From: Planctomycetales bacterium | GTDB lineage: Bacteria; Planctomycetota; Planctomycetia; Pirellulales; JAEUIK01 | Length of the DNA stretch: 57,804 nucleotides | Direction of reading: 5' to 3' | NCBI GenBank assembly: GCA_020426575.1 | Contig: JAGQPT010000011.1 | Span: forward strand, 1 to 57,804 | Shown here: one piece after another, positions 38,179 through 47,608 of the stretch | Layout: each line of letters opens with the position of its first letter | Numbering within the stretch: position 1 is the first letter of the stretch | The notes under the pieces: model-generated | The model's database searches: none | Seen by the model: the letters and a program-made list of their open reading frames with translations, nothing else | Told to the model about the DNA's origin: nothing | Made by a program: the position numbers and the translations under genes

Positions 38179-39258
38179 ATGGACGTCATGCCTACCGCCA
38201 CGAGAACGCCGCTTGCGCAGCTCGAGCCGCGCCGGGTTTGTCTGATCAAGCCCAGCGCGCTGGGGGACGTCGTGCAGACACTGCCGATCCTGGCGGCGCT
38301 GCGCGGGCGCTGGCCGTCAGCGCACATCGCCTGGGTCGTGCATCGCGGGCTGATGGATGTCCTGGCCGATCACCCGGACTTGGACGAAGTCATCCCGTTC
38401 GAGCGCGGCGGCAGTTGGGCCGGCCGCACCGGCGGGGCGCTGCACCTGGCCAAGCGGTTGCGACGGGGTGGTTTTGATCTGGCCATCGACTTTCAGGGGT
38501 TGTTGCGCACCGGAGTGATGGCGCGGCTGACCGGTGCCGCGCGGCGCGTCGGCTTTGCCGGTGCGCGTGAAGGCGCACCGCTGGCATACACGGACCGCGT
38601 TGCCGTGCCCCCGGAGACGCAGGCGGCCGTCGAGCGCTACTGGGCGTTGGCCGTCGCGCTGGGGTGTCGGGGTCGACCGGGTTCGGGCCGCGTGGGCCTG
38701 GGCGACGCCCATCGCGCCTGGGCCGCCGAACAGCTCGCCGATCTGCCGCGACCGATCGTGGCGATCCACCCCGGTGCCCAGTGGACGACCAAGCGCTGGC
38801 CGCCGATGCACTTTGCCGCCGTGGCCAAACGGGCCCAACGCGAAACCGGCGCCGGCATCGTGCTGGTGGGCGGGCCGGGCGACGGCATTTTGGCCGAGGC
38901 GATTGCCGAGTGTTTGGACGGGCCGTGTGTCAACCTGGCCGAGCGCACCTCGCTGCGCCAGCTCGCCGCCGTCAGCGCGGCGGCCGACGTGTTTGTTTCC
39001 GGGGACACGGGTCCGATGCACTTGGCCGCCGCAATGCAGACGCCGGTCGTGGCGGTCTTCACCTGCACGAGCCCCCGCCGCGCCGGGCCGCACGGCAGCG
39101 GCCACCGCGTGGTGTCGGCGGCGGTGGCCTGCGCCGCCAGCTACCGCCGCAAGTGCCACTCGATGATCTGCATGGACGAGCTTTCGCCGGACCGACTCTG
39201 GCCGGCTCTGGCGGCCACGCTCGCCGACGTGGCGCGCCGCCAGCGCTTGGCCGGCTGA
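38179..39258 (+). CDS. glycosyltransferase family 9 (heptosyltransferase-like)
   Basis: CLIKPSALGDVVQTLPIL, VLVGGPGD and VSGDTGPMHLAAA are characteristic GT9 motifs. Confidence 0.88.
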   Translation: MDVMPTATRTPLAQLEPRRVCLIKPSALGDVVQTLPILAALRGRWPSAHIAWVVHRGLMDVLADHPDLDEVIPFERGGSWAGRTGGALHLAKRLRRGGFDLAIDFQGLLRTGVMARLTGAARRVGFAGAREGAPLAYTDRVAVPPETQAAVERYWALAVALGCRGRPGSGRVGLGDAHRAWAAEQLADLPRPIVAIHPGAQWTTKRWPPMHFAAVAKRAQRETGAGIVLVGGPGDGILAEAIAECLDGPCVNLAERTSLRQLAAVSAAADVFVSGDTGPMHLAAAMQTPVVAVFTCTSPRRAGPHGSGHRVVSAAVACAASYRRKCHSMICMDELSPDRLWPALAATLADVARRQRLAG

Positions 39259-39378
39259 AACGGCGCAATCGTCGCCGTCGGCCCGGTCGAGTACAATGCC
39301 CGATGGCATGCAATGTACGTCCAGGCGGCACTCCGTTCGGCCGGCGTTTCTTCCCGACTTTCCAACACCACGCGTGCG

Positions 39379-40374
39379 ATGGCGAAATACATCAATAAGC
39401 CGGCGATTCTCACCGCGTTGGCCGTGCTCGCCGTCGTCGGCGTCTGCATCGCGCAGTTTGGCCTCAATGGTCACGCCGAAGAGCGGGAAGCCCCGCGACG
39501 CGGCACGGTGCCAAATGCCGAGAATCCGTTCGACGGTGCCCGATCCTACGGCTACCTCAAAGCGATTTGCGAGTTGGGCCCGCGCGTGAGCGGCAGTCCC
39601 GGCATGTCGGCGCAGCAAGAGATGCTCACCCAGCACTTCACGAAACTTGGTGCCAAGGTGACGCCGCAGCGGTTCCGCTATCGCCACCCGCAGGACGGTT
39701 CGGCCGTCGAGATGGCGAACCTCATCATCGAGTGGAACCCGGAGGCAAAAGATCGCGTGCTGCTGTGCGCGCACTACGACACGCGGCCGTACCCGGACCG
39801 CGATCCGCAGAATCCGCAGGGCGAGTTTATCGGTGCCAACGACGGCGGCAGCGGCGTGGCGCTGATGATGGAGCTGGGCAATTTGATGTCGCGGCTCGAT
39901 CCGAAACTCGGTGTCGATTTCGTGCTGTTCGACGCCGAAGAGTTCGTGTTCGGGCCGAACGATCGCTACTTCCTCGGCTCGGAGTACTTCGCCCGTCAGT
40001 ACGTGGCCGAACCACCCGCGCACAAGTACCGCTGGGCCGTGTTGCTGGACATGGTGGGTGACGCCGACCTGGAGATCTTCCAGGAGCGCAACAGCCTGTC
40101 ATGGCGCGAGTCGCGGCCCCTGATCAAGGAAATCTGGCAGACGGCGGCTCGGCTGGGTATCGACGAGTTTGTCGACCGCCCCAAGTACGAAATCCAGGAC
40201 GACCACCTGCGGCTCTACTACACGGCGAAGATCCCCAGCGTCGATGTGATCGACTTCGACTATCCGGCGTGGCACACCGAGGCGGACCGTCCCGAAGCGT
40301 GCTCGGCCGAAAGTCTGGCCAAGGTTGGATGGGTGATGCACGAATGGCTCAAATCGACCGCCAGTCAGCAATAG
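39379..40374 (+). CDS. M28 family metallopeptidase / glutaminyl-cyclase-like protein
   Basis: Trimmed to ATG 39379 (signal anchor MAKYINKPAILTALAVLAVVGVCIA). Metal-ligand motifs are LLCAHYDTRPYPD, GANDGGSGVALMMELG, FDAEE and a distal WHT. Confidence 0.85.
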   Translation: MAKYINKPAILTALAVLAVVGVCIAQFGLNGHAEEREAPRRGTVPNAENPFDGARSYGYLKAICELGPRVSGSPGMSAQQEMLTQHFTKLGAKVTPQRFRYRHPQDGSAVEMANLIIEWNPEAKDRVLLCAHYDTRPYPDRDPQNPQGEFIGANDGGSGVALMMELGNLMSRLDPKLGVDFVLFDAEEFVFGPNDRYFLGSEYFARQYVAEPPAHKYRWAVLLDMVGDADLEIFQERNSLSWRESRPLIKEIWQTAARLGIDEFVDRPKYEIQDDHLRLYYTAKIPSVDVIDFDYPAWHTEADRPEACSAESLAKVGWVMHEWLKSTASQQ

Positions 40375-40461
40375 TACAGCGGCGAAGGCTCATCGCGGAA
40401 CAGACCGTCTCCCCACCGGGCGCGTAAATCCCTGTCGACTAAACCCGTACCGCCTGAACAC

Positions 40462-40911
40462 GTGCCGCATCTCTCGATCCTTATCGTCGCCGCGCCGGTG
40501 ATTTTGATTTCGCTGGCATACGTGGTGGGGCACGTTGTCAGTTGGCGGCGTTTTCGCCAGCGAGCCAATGACGAACCGACATATGAACAGCGGTTCCGTC
40601 GCAACCAGTTCCGCCGCCGCTTGCAGGCCAGCGCGCTGTTGGGCGTCGCTGCGGTGGCGATGATGGTCGGCACGTTGACCGTCTCGAGCGACGATCAGCC
40701 GAAGCTCTTTCTGGGGCTTTGGACTGGCGTTCTGCTGACCGTGATGTGGGTGTTGTTGTTGGCCGGTGCCGACATGATCGCGACGCGCCGCCACGCCAAC
40801 CGCATCCGCCGTGAAGTGATGGCCGAGCACCGTCAACTGCACGACGAGATCCGCCGCACTTACGGCACGCCGAGCGACGAACAGGCAACCTCGCGCAACG
40901 GCCACGGCTAG
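40462..40911 (+). CDS. hypothetical integral membrane protein
   Basis: GTG start. There are three predicted TM segments separated by Arg-rich loops. No domain recognised. Confidence 0.55.
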   Translation: MPHLSILIVAAPVILISLAYVVGHVVSWRRFRQRANDEPTYEQRFRRNQFRRRLQASALLGVAAVAMMVGTLTVSSDDQPKLFLGLWTGVLLTVMWVLLLAGADMIATRRHANRIRREVMAEHRQLHDEIRRTYGTPSDEQATSRNGHG

Positions 40912-41014
40912 GCGAACCGAACGGCGTCCACACGGTGCAGCGACGTCAGCGCAGCAACTTCGGCAGCAGAGAACAGTGCGCCATTCGTATTGGCGTACTG
41001 TGGCCCGCTTGTGC

Positions 41015-42061
41015 CTACTTGCTGGTTTCGCTGCCGGCGCTGCTTTTAGCGGCGTCACTCTCACCGGTGTCGGCGTCGGCGGCTTCACCAGGGGGCGCCA
41101 TCGTCGTCTCGACTTTACCCTTGATCTGCTGACCGACGGTCTGCCCCATGATCGTGAGCGTCGACTTCAACTCGATGTCAAAGTCGGACTTCGTCATGCG
41201 GCCCAACTCGTTGTCGAACAGAATCACGCCACTCATCTTCTGATCTTCGACTTCGATGGTCGCACCGGGGACCTCGGGCATGCCCTGGGAAAAGTCGGTT
41301 TCCATCGTTGCCTTTACCTCTTGGAGAGTGCTTCCGTTCACGTCCTTCGGACCGACGTACTCGTAGGTCGTCTTTGTGACGCTCTTGCCCAGCTGCGAAA
41401 TGTTCTGCTCACCCTCGCGGGTCCAGGTGTCGCCGGGCGAGATAGGATGATCGGGGAAGACCTGCAGGTTCTGGCTCGCCATGTTCTTGATTCCCTCGTC
41501 GGAGAACATGTCGCTCATCTGCTGCATCCCCGGCACGGCGCTGAACTGTTGCTTGAGCGCTTGGCGGGTCTCCTCCGGCACGGTGACGCTGATGATTTCG
41601 CCGGTGGGGGCCATCTTCACGTCGTACTTCATCCCGACCAATGCCCCCAGAGCATCGGCCAGCGCGCCCAACGGGCTGTTTTCCTGGCCCGACGCGTCAT
41701 CGTCCGTGTCGATGCTGAACTCGAAGCCCGCCGACTTGATCGCCATGTTCATGCGATCGAACGTGACGGTGATCATGGCGGCGCCTGCGTCGTCCACTTC
41801 GCGGACACCCCAAGTGAGAAACATCTGCTGGGACATCTGGGTCTGGATGGGCGTTTCGCCGAGCTTCATCTCGACGTTCATCTGCTGGTTCATTTTCTGC
41901 TGGAGTTGCTCGCCGGCGGAGAACTTCCAGCGCAGTTGGGTTTCGGCCCGCGCCGACGCTCCACCGACAATCAGACTGAACGTTCCAGCGACCAGCAACG
42001 CCGGCAGCCACGAAGCCAGCACTTCAGGGCAACGAACACAATTGCGTCGAAAGCTCGACAT
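41015..42061 (-). CDS. secreted hypothetical protein (paralogue of 42643..43587)
   Basis: Trimmed to ATG 42061 (signal peptide ...LPALLVAGTFSLIVGGASARA). It shares PGDxW...YEYVGPxDVxGxTL...LFD blocks with the divergent neighbour. Confidence 0.65.
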   Translation of the reverse strand: MSSFRRNCVRCPEVLASWLPALLVAGTFSLIVGGASARAETQLRWKFSAGEQLQQKMNQQMNVEMKLGETPIQTQMSQQMFLTWGVREVDDAGAAMITVTFDRMNMAIKSAGFEFSIDTDDDASGQENSPLGALADALGALVGMKYDVKMAPTGEIISVTVPEETRQALKQQFSAVPGMQQMSDMFSDEGIKNMASQNLQVFPDHPISPGDTWTREGEQNISQLGKSVTKTTYEYVGPKDVNGSTLQEVKATMETDFSQGMPEVPGATIEVEDQKMSGVILFDNELGRMTKSDFDIELKSTLTIMGQTVGQQIKGKVETTMAPPGEAADADTGESDAAKSSAGSETSK

Positions 42062-42642
42062 AGTATTGACCTCTTGCGGGAGATTTCCGTACAGAACGTT
42101 CAAAATGGTTGCCGGCAGATCGGGAAACGCGCCGCGCGACCGCGAATCGGCTTTCCCACCCGGTAGTTTCGCCGCGGCGAAGGCCACATTGTACCGCTTC
42201 GGCAAGCAACCGCTATGGGCTTCGGCATGTATGGGCAGTGGCATGTATGGGCAGCGGCGTGGTGGCATTCTCACTGATTCGCCCAACGCTTTGGGAGGAT
42301 TTCTCTCGCCTGGCGCCGCTGGCGGCCCAAGGATCGGCTATCATCGGCGAATACGGTCCCGGAGTGGCCGGCTCAGTGGGCAGCGGGCAATTCGGCCGCT
42401 CCCGAGAGGGGGCGGCACACCGCGGCCTGCTCACGGCCGGCGCTGGGCTGGCGGACACCCCGCCTGGAGACATGTGACCGGCTCCGAAACACGTCGATAA
42501 CAACTCCATTTGACCAATGGCTATGAGTCAGCGCAATTTCCGCCACCATCGTGCCAGCCAACTGCGTTTTGCACACCGCGATTTTTCAGACCGCGTTCGT
42601 TCACACCAGTGCAGGACCCCTGTGTCCTGGGGAGAGACCATC

Positions 42643-43587
42643 GTGCGAAAAGTAATCAGCCTGTCGACCATTGCCGTGTTGTGCCTGCTGCCGTTCGCCG
42701 CGCGGGCGGACGTGAAAATGGCGCCCGACTTTTCCCGGCCGGACAGTTTCGTTACCGCGCGCAAGATGGCGGTGACCCAGACACTCACACTGGGCGGCGT
42801 CGCCACCGACACCAAGATTGAGAGCATGGCGCAACAACGATTCACGCAGGGAAAGCGCGACGCCGAGGGCAATTTTCTGCTCACCCTCGAACAGGTCAGC
42901 CAAGACATCCACATGCAACTGCCGCAAGGTATGACGATCGACGTCGACTCGGCCAACGGCACGGCGGAAACCAACACGCCGCTGCTGCAATTCATCGTCG
43001 ATGCGCTCAAGGCGCTCGACCAGTTGACGGTAAAACTAGCCGTCTCCCCTGAGGGAAAGGTCCTTAGTGCAAAGGCCGAGAGCCCGACGCTCGACAATCT
43101 CTCCGCGGAAGCGAAAAGGGTGATTGCGTCGCAACTTTCCGAGGCGTCGCTGAAGCGGAGCGTCCAGCAACAATTCGAGCTGCTGCCCGGCCGCGTGGTC
43201 AAGCCGGGCGATTTCTGGAAGGCGCAAATCGATCTCGATCTGGGGCAAGGGCAACTGCTCACCTTCACCCAACAGTGCGAATACGTCGGACCGGTCGACG
43301 TTTCCGGTAAGACGCTTCACCGCGTCAACATCAAGGACACCGACGTCAAGTTTTCGCTTGCCGAAAACTCGGAGTTGCCGCTAAAGCTCGCCGATTCCGA
43401 TCTTTCCATCGAGGAGTCGGGCGGCGAATTGCTCTTCGACGCCGACGCTGGCCGCGTGGTGAGCGTCAAGGCCCGCACTCGCATCACGGGCGACATCAAC
43501 TTCACGATCAACGACCAACCGCTGCCGGGCAAGCTCGACCTGACGTTCGACACCCAAAGCAATGACGTGCCGAACGCCACGAAATGA
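42643..43587 (+). CDS. secreted hypothetical protein (paralogue of 41015..42061)
   Basis: GTG 42643 follows GGGGAGAG and gives the signal peptide VRKVISLSTIAVLCLLPFAARA. Blocks KPGDFWKAQ, CEYVGPVDVSGKTLHRV and GELLFDADAGR are shared with the neighbour. Confidence 0.65.
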   Translation: MRKVISLSTIAVLCLLPFAARADVKMAPDFSRPDSFVTARKMAVTQTLTLGGVATDTKIESMAQQRFTQGKRDAEGNFLLTLEQVSQDIHMQLPQGMTIDVDSANGTAETNTPLLQFIVDALKALDQLTVKLAVSPEGKVLSAKAESPTLDNLSAEAKRVIASQLSEASLKRSVQQQFELLPGRVVKPGDFWKAQIDLDLGQGQLLTFTQQCEYVGPVDVSGKTLHRVNIKDTDVKFSLAENSELPLKLADSDLSIEESGGELLFDADAGRVVSVKARTRITGDINFTINDQPLPGKLDLTFDTQSNDVPNATK

Positions 43588-43647
43588 ATCGATCGCTGCG
43601 ACGTGATCGGCATGGAAGTGATCGATTCGCTGGTGAAGCGAATGCCA

Positions 43648-46629
43648 TCAGCCGCGCCGGGTCACTGGATCGGACAGTCGCTCGGCGACGAACTCGATCG
43701 GGTGGCGGGCGGCGCGGCCCGTGCCGTCAGCGATTTGGTGGCGACAGGAGAAACCGGTTGCGGCGATGGCTGCCTGGGGCGCGCCGTTGACGGCGGGGAA
43801 CAACGCGCGCTGGCCGACGGCCATGCTCACGTCGTAGTGTTCGAAGCCGAACGAGCCAGCCATCCCGCAACAGCCGGCGTCGAGCGTGCGGACATGGTAA
43901 CCCGCCAGATCGCGAAGCAGCTTCTCGGTGGCGGCGGCGCCAAACAGCGCCCTCTGATGGCAATGCGGATGTAGGAGCAGTTCGCCGGGGGCGTCGCCGA
44001 GACCTTCACGTAGCGGCAGCTTGGCGGCTTCACTGGTGAGATGCGCGTCGATCAGGCGCACCGATTCGGCGAGCCGCGCGGCGTCGGTGCGCAACGGCGC
44101 AGGCACGAGGTCGGGATAGTCGTCGACCAGCGCCGAAACGCAGCTCGGCTCGCAGCCGACGATCAGTATTCCGTCGTCCACCCAACGCAGCAGCTGTGCG
44201 ACGTTGCGCTCGGCCAACTGCTGCGCTTCGTCGAGCAACCCTTTGGAAATCAACGGTCGACCGCAACAGACAAGCCCGGCGCGGTGCACCTGGTAGCCCG
44301 CCGCCTCGAGCACCTGGGCGGCGGCGCGGTTCACGGCCGGTTCGCAATAGTTGTTCAGGCAATCATCCAGCAGCACGACCGGTCCCCGCGGCGCCGGGCG
44401 CGTCGGCCGTTTGTGTCGCGCGAACCATCGGGGGAACGATTCATGCACAAACCGCGGCAGCGAACGACGCCGATCAATGCCGAGCGACTTTTCGACGAGC
44501 CAGCGCACGCCGGGCACGTGCACCGGCCAGTTCGACACGGGCGCGAGCGCCGCGCCCCAGCGGTTCAGCGTTCCCACGTTGCCCAGTAGCCGCGACAACA
44601 GCGGCACGCCGTGGGCCCCGTGATACTTGTGGAGGAACTCGCTCTTGAGTTTGGCCACGTCGACGCTCGATGGGCACTCGGCCTTGCAGGCCTTGCACTG
44701 CAGGCAGAGGGCGAACGTGTCGTACATCGGCTGCGACGTGAACGATTCCCGCGGCGCGGCGCCGGTCATCACCCGCCGCAGCGCGTTGGCCCGACCGCGC
44801 GTGCTGTGTTCTTCTTCGCCGGTGGCCATGAACGACGGGCACATCGTGCCGCTGAGCCGCTTGCGACAGACGCCCGCCCCGTTGCAGAGCGCGGCGGCAC
44901 CGGCCATGTCGCCGTCACGGCTGAAGTCCAACACCGTCGGCGGCGACCAGGCGTGTTCATCGGGTTGGTGACGCAGGTTTTCGGTCGGCGGCGGGCCGTG
45001 GACGACCTTGCCGGGATTGAGAATGCCGGCCGGGTCGAACGCCGCCTTGACTTCGCAGAAAGCACGATAGACCTGTTCGCCGAACAGCGCCGAGTTTAAG
45101 TGGCTGCGGGCCAGGCCGTCGCCGTGCTCGCCGCTCATCGAACCGCCGAACTCGTCGACCAGGGCGAACACGTCGGCCATGATCCGTTCGAGCCGCGCCA
45201 CGTCTTCGCGGTCGCGGGTGTCCAGCATCGGACGGATATGCAGACAACCCACCGACGCGTGGCCGTAGAACGTGCCGTCGGTGCCGGCATCGCGCATGAT
45301 CTGGCGAAATCGCGCGACGAACTCCGGGAGGCGATGGGGGTCGACGGCCGTGTCTTCGACAAACGCCAGAGGTTTGCGCCGGCCCGGGATGCCCATCAAC
45401 AGCGGTAGCGCCGCCTTGCGGCAGGACCAGACGTGTGCGACGGCCTCGGGGGCGACTACCGCCTGGTGATTGGTCAGTCCCGGGCGACCGGCCAGCGCCG
45501 ACTCGGCCGCCGCGATCCGCTGGTTGACTTCGCCCTGAGTGTCACCGGAGTACTCGACCAGCATCAACGACTCGGGATCGCCCCGTACGAAGTCGAGGTA
45601 ATTGCGATATTCGAGACTCGCGCGGGCCATGCGCACGATCTGTCCGTCGAGCAGTTCGATCGCCGTGGGGTCGTGTTCGTACAGCGAAGCCAGCGCGTCG
45701 ATCGCCGCCGTCAGCGACGCGAACTCCAGCACCATCAGACCACGATGCGCGGGCACGGGCACCAGGTGAACGAGCGCCTCGGTCACCACCACCAGCGTCC
45801 CCTCGGCGCCGACGACGAGCTTGGCGAGGTTGAACGCCCCGTCGGGAAATTGCTCGGTTTCGCGAGCGCGGATGGCCGCCACGCTCAGCGGGGCGGCGAC
45901 AAACTGGCGACACTCGGGCACAAATTCGTCGAGGTTGTAGCCCGAGACGCGCCGCAAGACGCGGGGAAAGTGCGCGATGATCGCGTCACGGTTTTCGCCG
46001 ACGATTCTCTCGACCTCGGCGTGAGCGTGGCCGGCAATCCCGGGGCGTGACTTTGCGTCGGCGAGACCGGCTGCATCGAGCGGTCCCAGCGTTGCGGTGC
46101 TGCCGTCGGCCAACACCACAGCGAGTTCAATCACGTGGTCGACCGTCTTGCCGTGGCGGATCGATCGGGCACCGGCCGAATTGTTGCCGATCATGCCGCC
46201 GATGTTGGCGCGGTTGCTGGTGGCGACGTCCGGCGCGAACTGAAGGCCTTGTTTAGCCGCGGCCGCGTTGAGTTGGTCCAACACGACACCGGGTTGGACA
46301 CGGGCGGTGCGCTGCTCGGGGTCGATTGCCAGAATCTGATTGAAATGGGCGCTGAAGTCGAGCACCAGGCCGCGTCCGATCGACTGCCCGGAGAGACTCG
46401 TCGCCGAGCCACGGGGGATGATCGGCACGCCAAACTGGGCCGCCGTTTCGACGGTGGCGAAGACGTCGGAGAGCGTGCGGGGGACGACGACCCCCAGCGG
46501 TTCGATCTGGTAGATGCTGGCGTCGGTAGCATAAAGCCCGCGGTGATGCTCGTCGAAAAAGGCCTCGCCGACGAGGCGGACCGTGAGTGACTTTTCCAAT
46601 TGTTCAAGCTTTGCGGGGGTGTCGTGCAT
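43648..46629 (-). CDS. FAD-binding oxidase fused to 4Fe-4S and CCG (GlcF/HdrD-like) domains (D-lactate/glycolate-oxidase-type dehydrogenase)
   Basis: ORF 43648..47403 is trimmed to ATG 46629 (MHDTPAKLEQLEKSL...). The FAD_binding_4 motif is VVPRGSATSLSGQS. Cys clusters are CNGAGVCRK..GTMCPSF and CLQCKACKAECPS. CCG motifs are VCCGRP and GCCGMAGSFG. Confidence 0.9.
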   Translation of the reverse strand: MHDTPAKLEQLEKSLTVRLVGEAFFDEHHRGLYATDASIYQIEPLGVVVPRTLSDVFATVETAAQFGVPIIPRGSATSLSGQSIGRGLVLDFSAHFNQILAIDPEQRTARVQPGVVLDQLNAAAAKQGLQFAPDVATSNRANIGGMIGNNSAGARSIRHGKTVDHVIELAVVLADGSTATLGPLDAAGLADAKSRPGIAGHAHAEVERIVGENRDAIIAHFPRVLRRVSGYNLDEFVPECRQFVAAPLSVAAIRARETEQFPDGAFNLAKLVVGAEGTLVVVTEALVHLVPVPAHRGLMVLEFASLTAAIDALASLYEHDPTAIELLDGQIVRMARASLEYRNYLDFVRGDPESLMLVEYSGDTQGEVNQRIAAAESALAGRPGLTNHQAVVAPEAVAHVWSCRKAALPLLMGIPGRRKPLAFVEDTAVDPHRLPEFVARFRQIMRDAGTDGTFYGHASVGCLHIRPMLDTRDREDVARLERIMADVFALVDEFGGSMSGEHGDGLARSHLNSALFGEQVYRAFCEVKAAFDPAGILNPGKVVHGPPPTENLRHQPDEHAWSPPTVLDFSRDGDMAGAAALCNGAGVCRKRLSGTMCPSFMATGEEEHSTRGRANALRRVMTGAAPRESFTSQPMYDTFALCLQCKACKAECPSSVDVAKLKSEFLHKYHGAHGVPLLSRLLGNVGTLNRWGAALAPVSNWPVHVPGVRWLVEKSLGIDRRRSLPRFVHESFPRWFARHKRPTRPAPRGPVVLLDDCLNNYCEPAVNRAAAQVLEAAGYQVHRAGLVCCGRPLISKGLLDEAQQLAERNVAQLLRWVDDGILIVGCEPSCVSALVDDYPDLVPAPLRTDAARLAESVRLIDAHLTSEAAKLPLREGLGDAPGELLLHPHCHQRALFGAAATEKLLRDLAGYHVRTLDAGCCGMAGSFGFEHYDVSMAVGQRALFPAVNGAPQAAIAATGFSCRHQIADGTGRAARHPIEFVAERLSDPVTRRG

Positions 46630-46926
46630 GGTTGTACCGATCGTGGGTTCGGCCAGTTCGACGTTTCGCCACGGCGAGGCCTGATTGTACTTGATCGCCG
46701 CCTGATTGTTGTTAGAGTCGAACTTAAGAAACATCGGATGCAGAAAATGAACGAGGCCGACGGCCGCTTTACGCGGTGTCCCCATCGACGGCGAAATTGT
46801 GAAGGCGCCGGTCGGTGAGTCACCAGAACCGCAGTAAGATGATGACTGTGGTGCGGCGACGACTGTGGTGCGGCCCCGTAACCGTTGGATAACCGGCGGT
46901 GAAAGCCCGGCGAGAAGACGCCGGAG

Positions 46927-47559
46927 ATGATCGTTCAATACGACCCCCATGGACACGATCAGGGAACGCGCGACGCGCGGGTTCAGTTGATGTATTCCCC
47001 CAATCATCCCGGCACCGACGAAGTCGACGAGTTGTTGCGAAACGCCGAGTTGCGCAACGACCTCGAACCCTTTTTCGACGAGTCGATTTCCCTGCTTGAG
47101 CGTGCCAAGCTCCCCACGCGTGAGGAAAACGAGTTTCTCTCGTCGATCCTGGCCTGGGAACGTGCTCCCACGGTGCCAATCGCCGAGTGGTTCGAACCGC
47201 GACTCGAATTGCCCGCTCCCAGCGGCCTGAGCGACGCGGCGCTTCGCCTGGTGCTCCGCGACGTGATTAATCGTCTGTTCGAGAAACACATCGTGCTCGA
47301 CTTCACCGACCACCTCAGCGACCGCGAGCTGTACCTGCTGATTTACCGCGACATCTTGCCGACGCACGAAAAGTACATCGGCGACCGCAATCATTATTTG
47401 CATTGGGACTGCGCCAACATGGGCGAAGACCCCGACATCTGGCTGCGCTATTACGCGTCGGCCGAGGAACGCGAACAGTGGTCAGACTTCTCTGCCGGTT
47501 CGCTGCCCCCGGTGGAAACGCCGCCGTATCCCCGTCGCCTGCCGCGTCCGCGGATGTGA
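46927..47559 (+). CDS. conserved hypothetical protein
   Basis: Protein-like composition (…ELRNDLEPFFDESISLLERAKLPTREENEFLSSILAWE…HLSDRELYLLIYRDILP…). The start could instead be ATG 46990. No motif recognised. Confidence 0.55.
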   Translation: MIVQYDPHGHDQGTRDARVQLMYSPNHPGTDEVDELLRNAELRNDLEPFFDESISLLERAKLPTREENEFLSSILAWERAPTVPIAEWFEPRLELPAPSGLSDAALRLVLRDVINRLFEKHIVLDFTDHLSDRELYLLIYRDILPTHEKYIGDRNHYLHWDCANMGEDPDIWLRYYASAEEREQWSDFSAGSLPPVETPPYPRRLPRPRM

Positions 47560-47608
47560 GCGACCGCGCGTCGCCCCTTGTCGGTAGCTGGCCGGCACGC
47601 GGAATTTC

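Noticed and set aside
46630-47403. A 258-codon N-terminal extension of the FAD/Fe-S oxidase ORF (1251 aa in the track).
   Set aside because: The extension overlaps, in antisense, the protein-like + strand gene 46927..47559. FAD-oxidase homology begins right after the Met at 46629.
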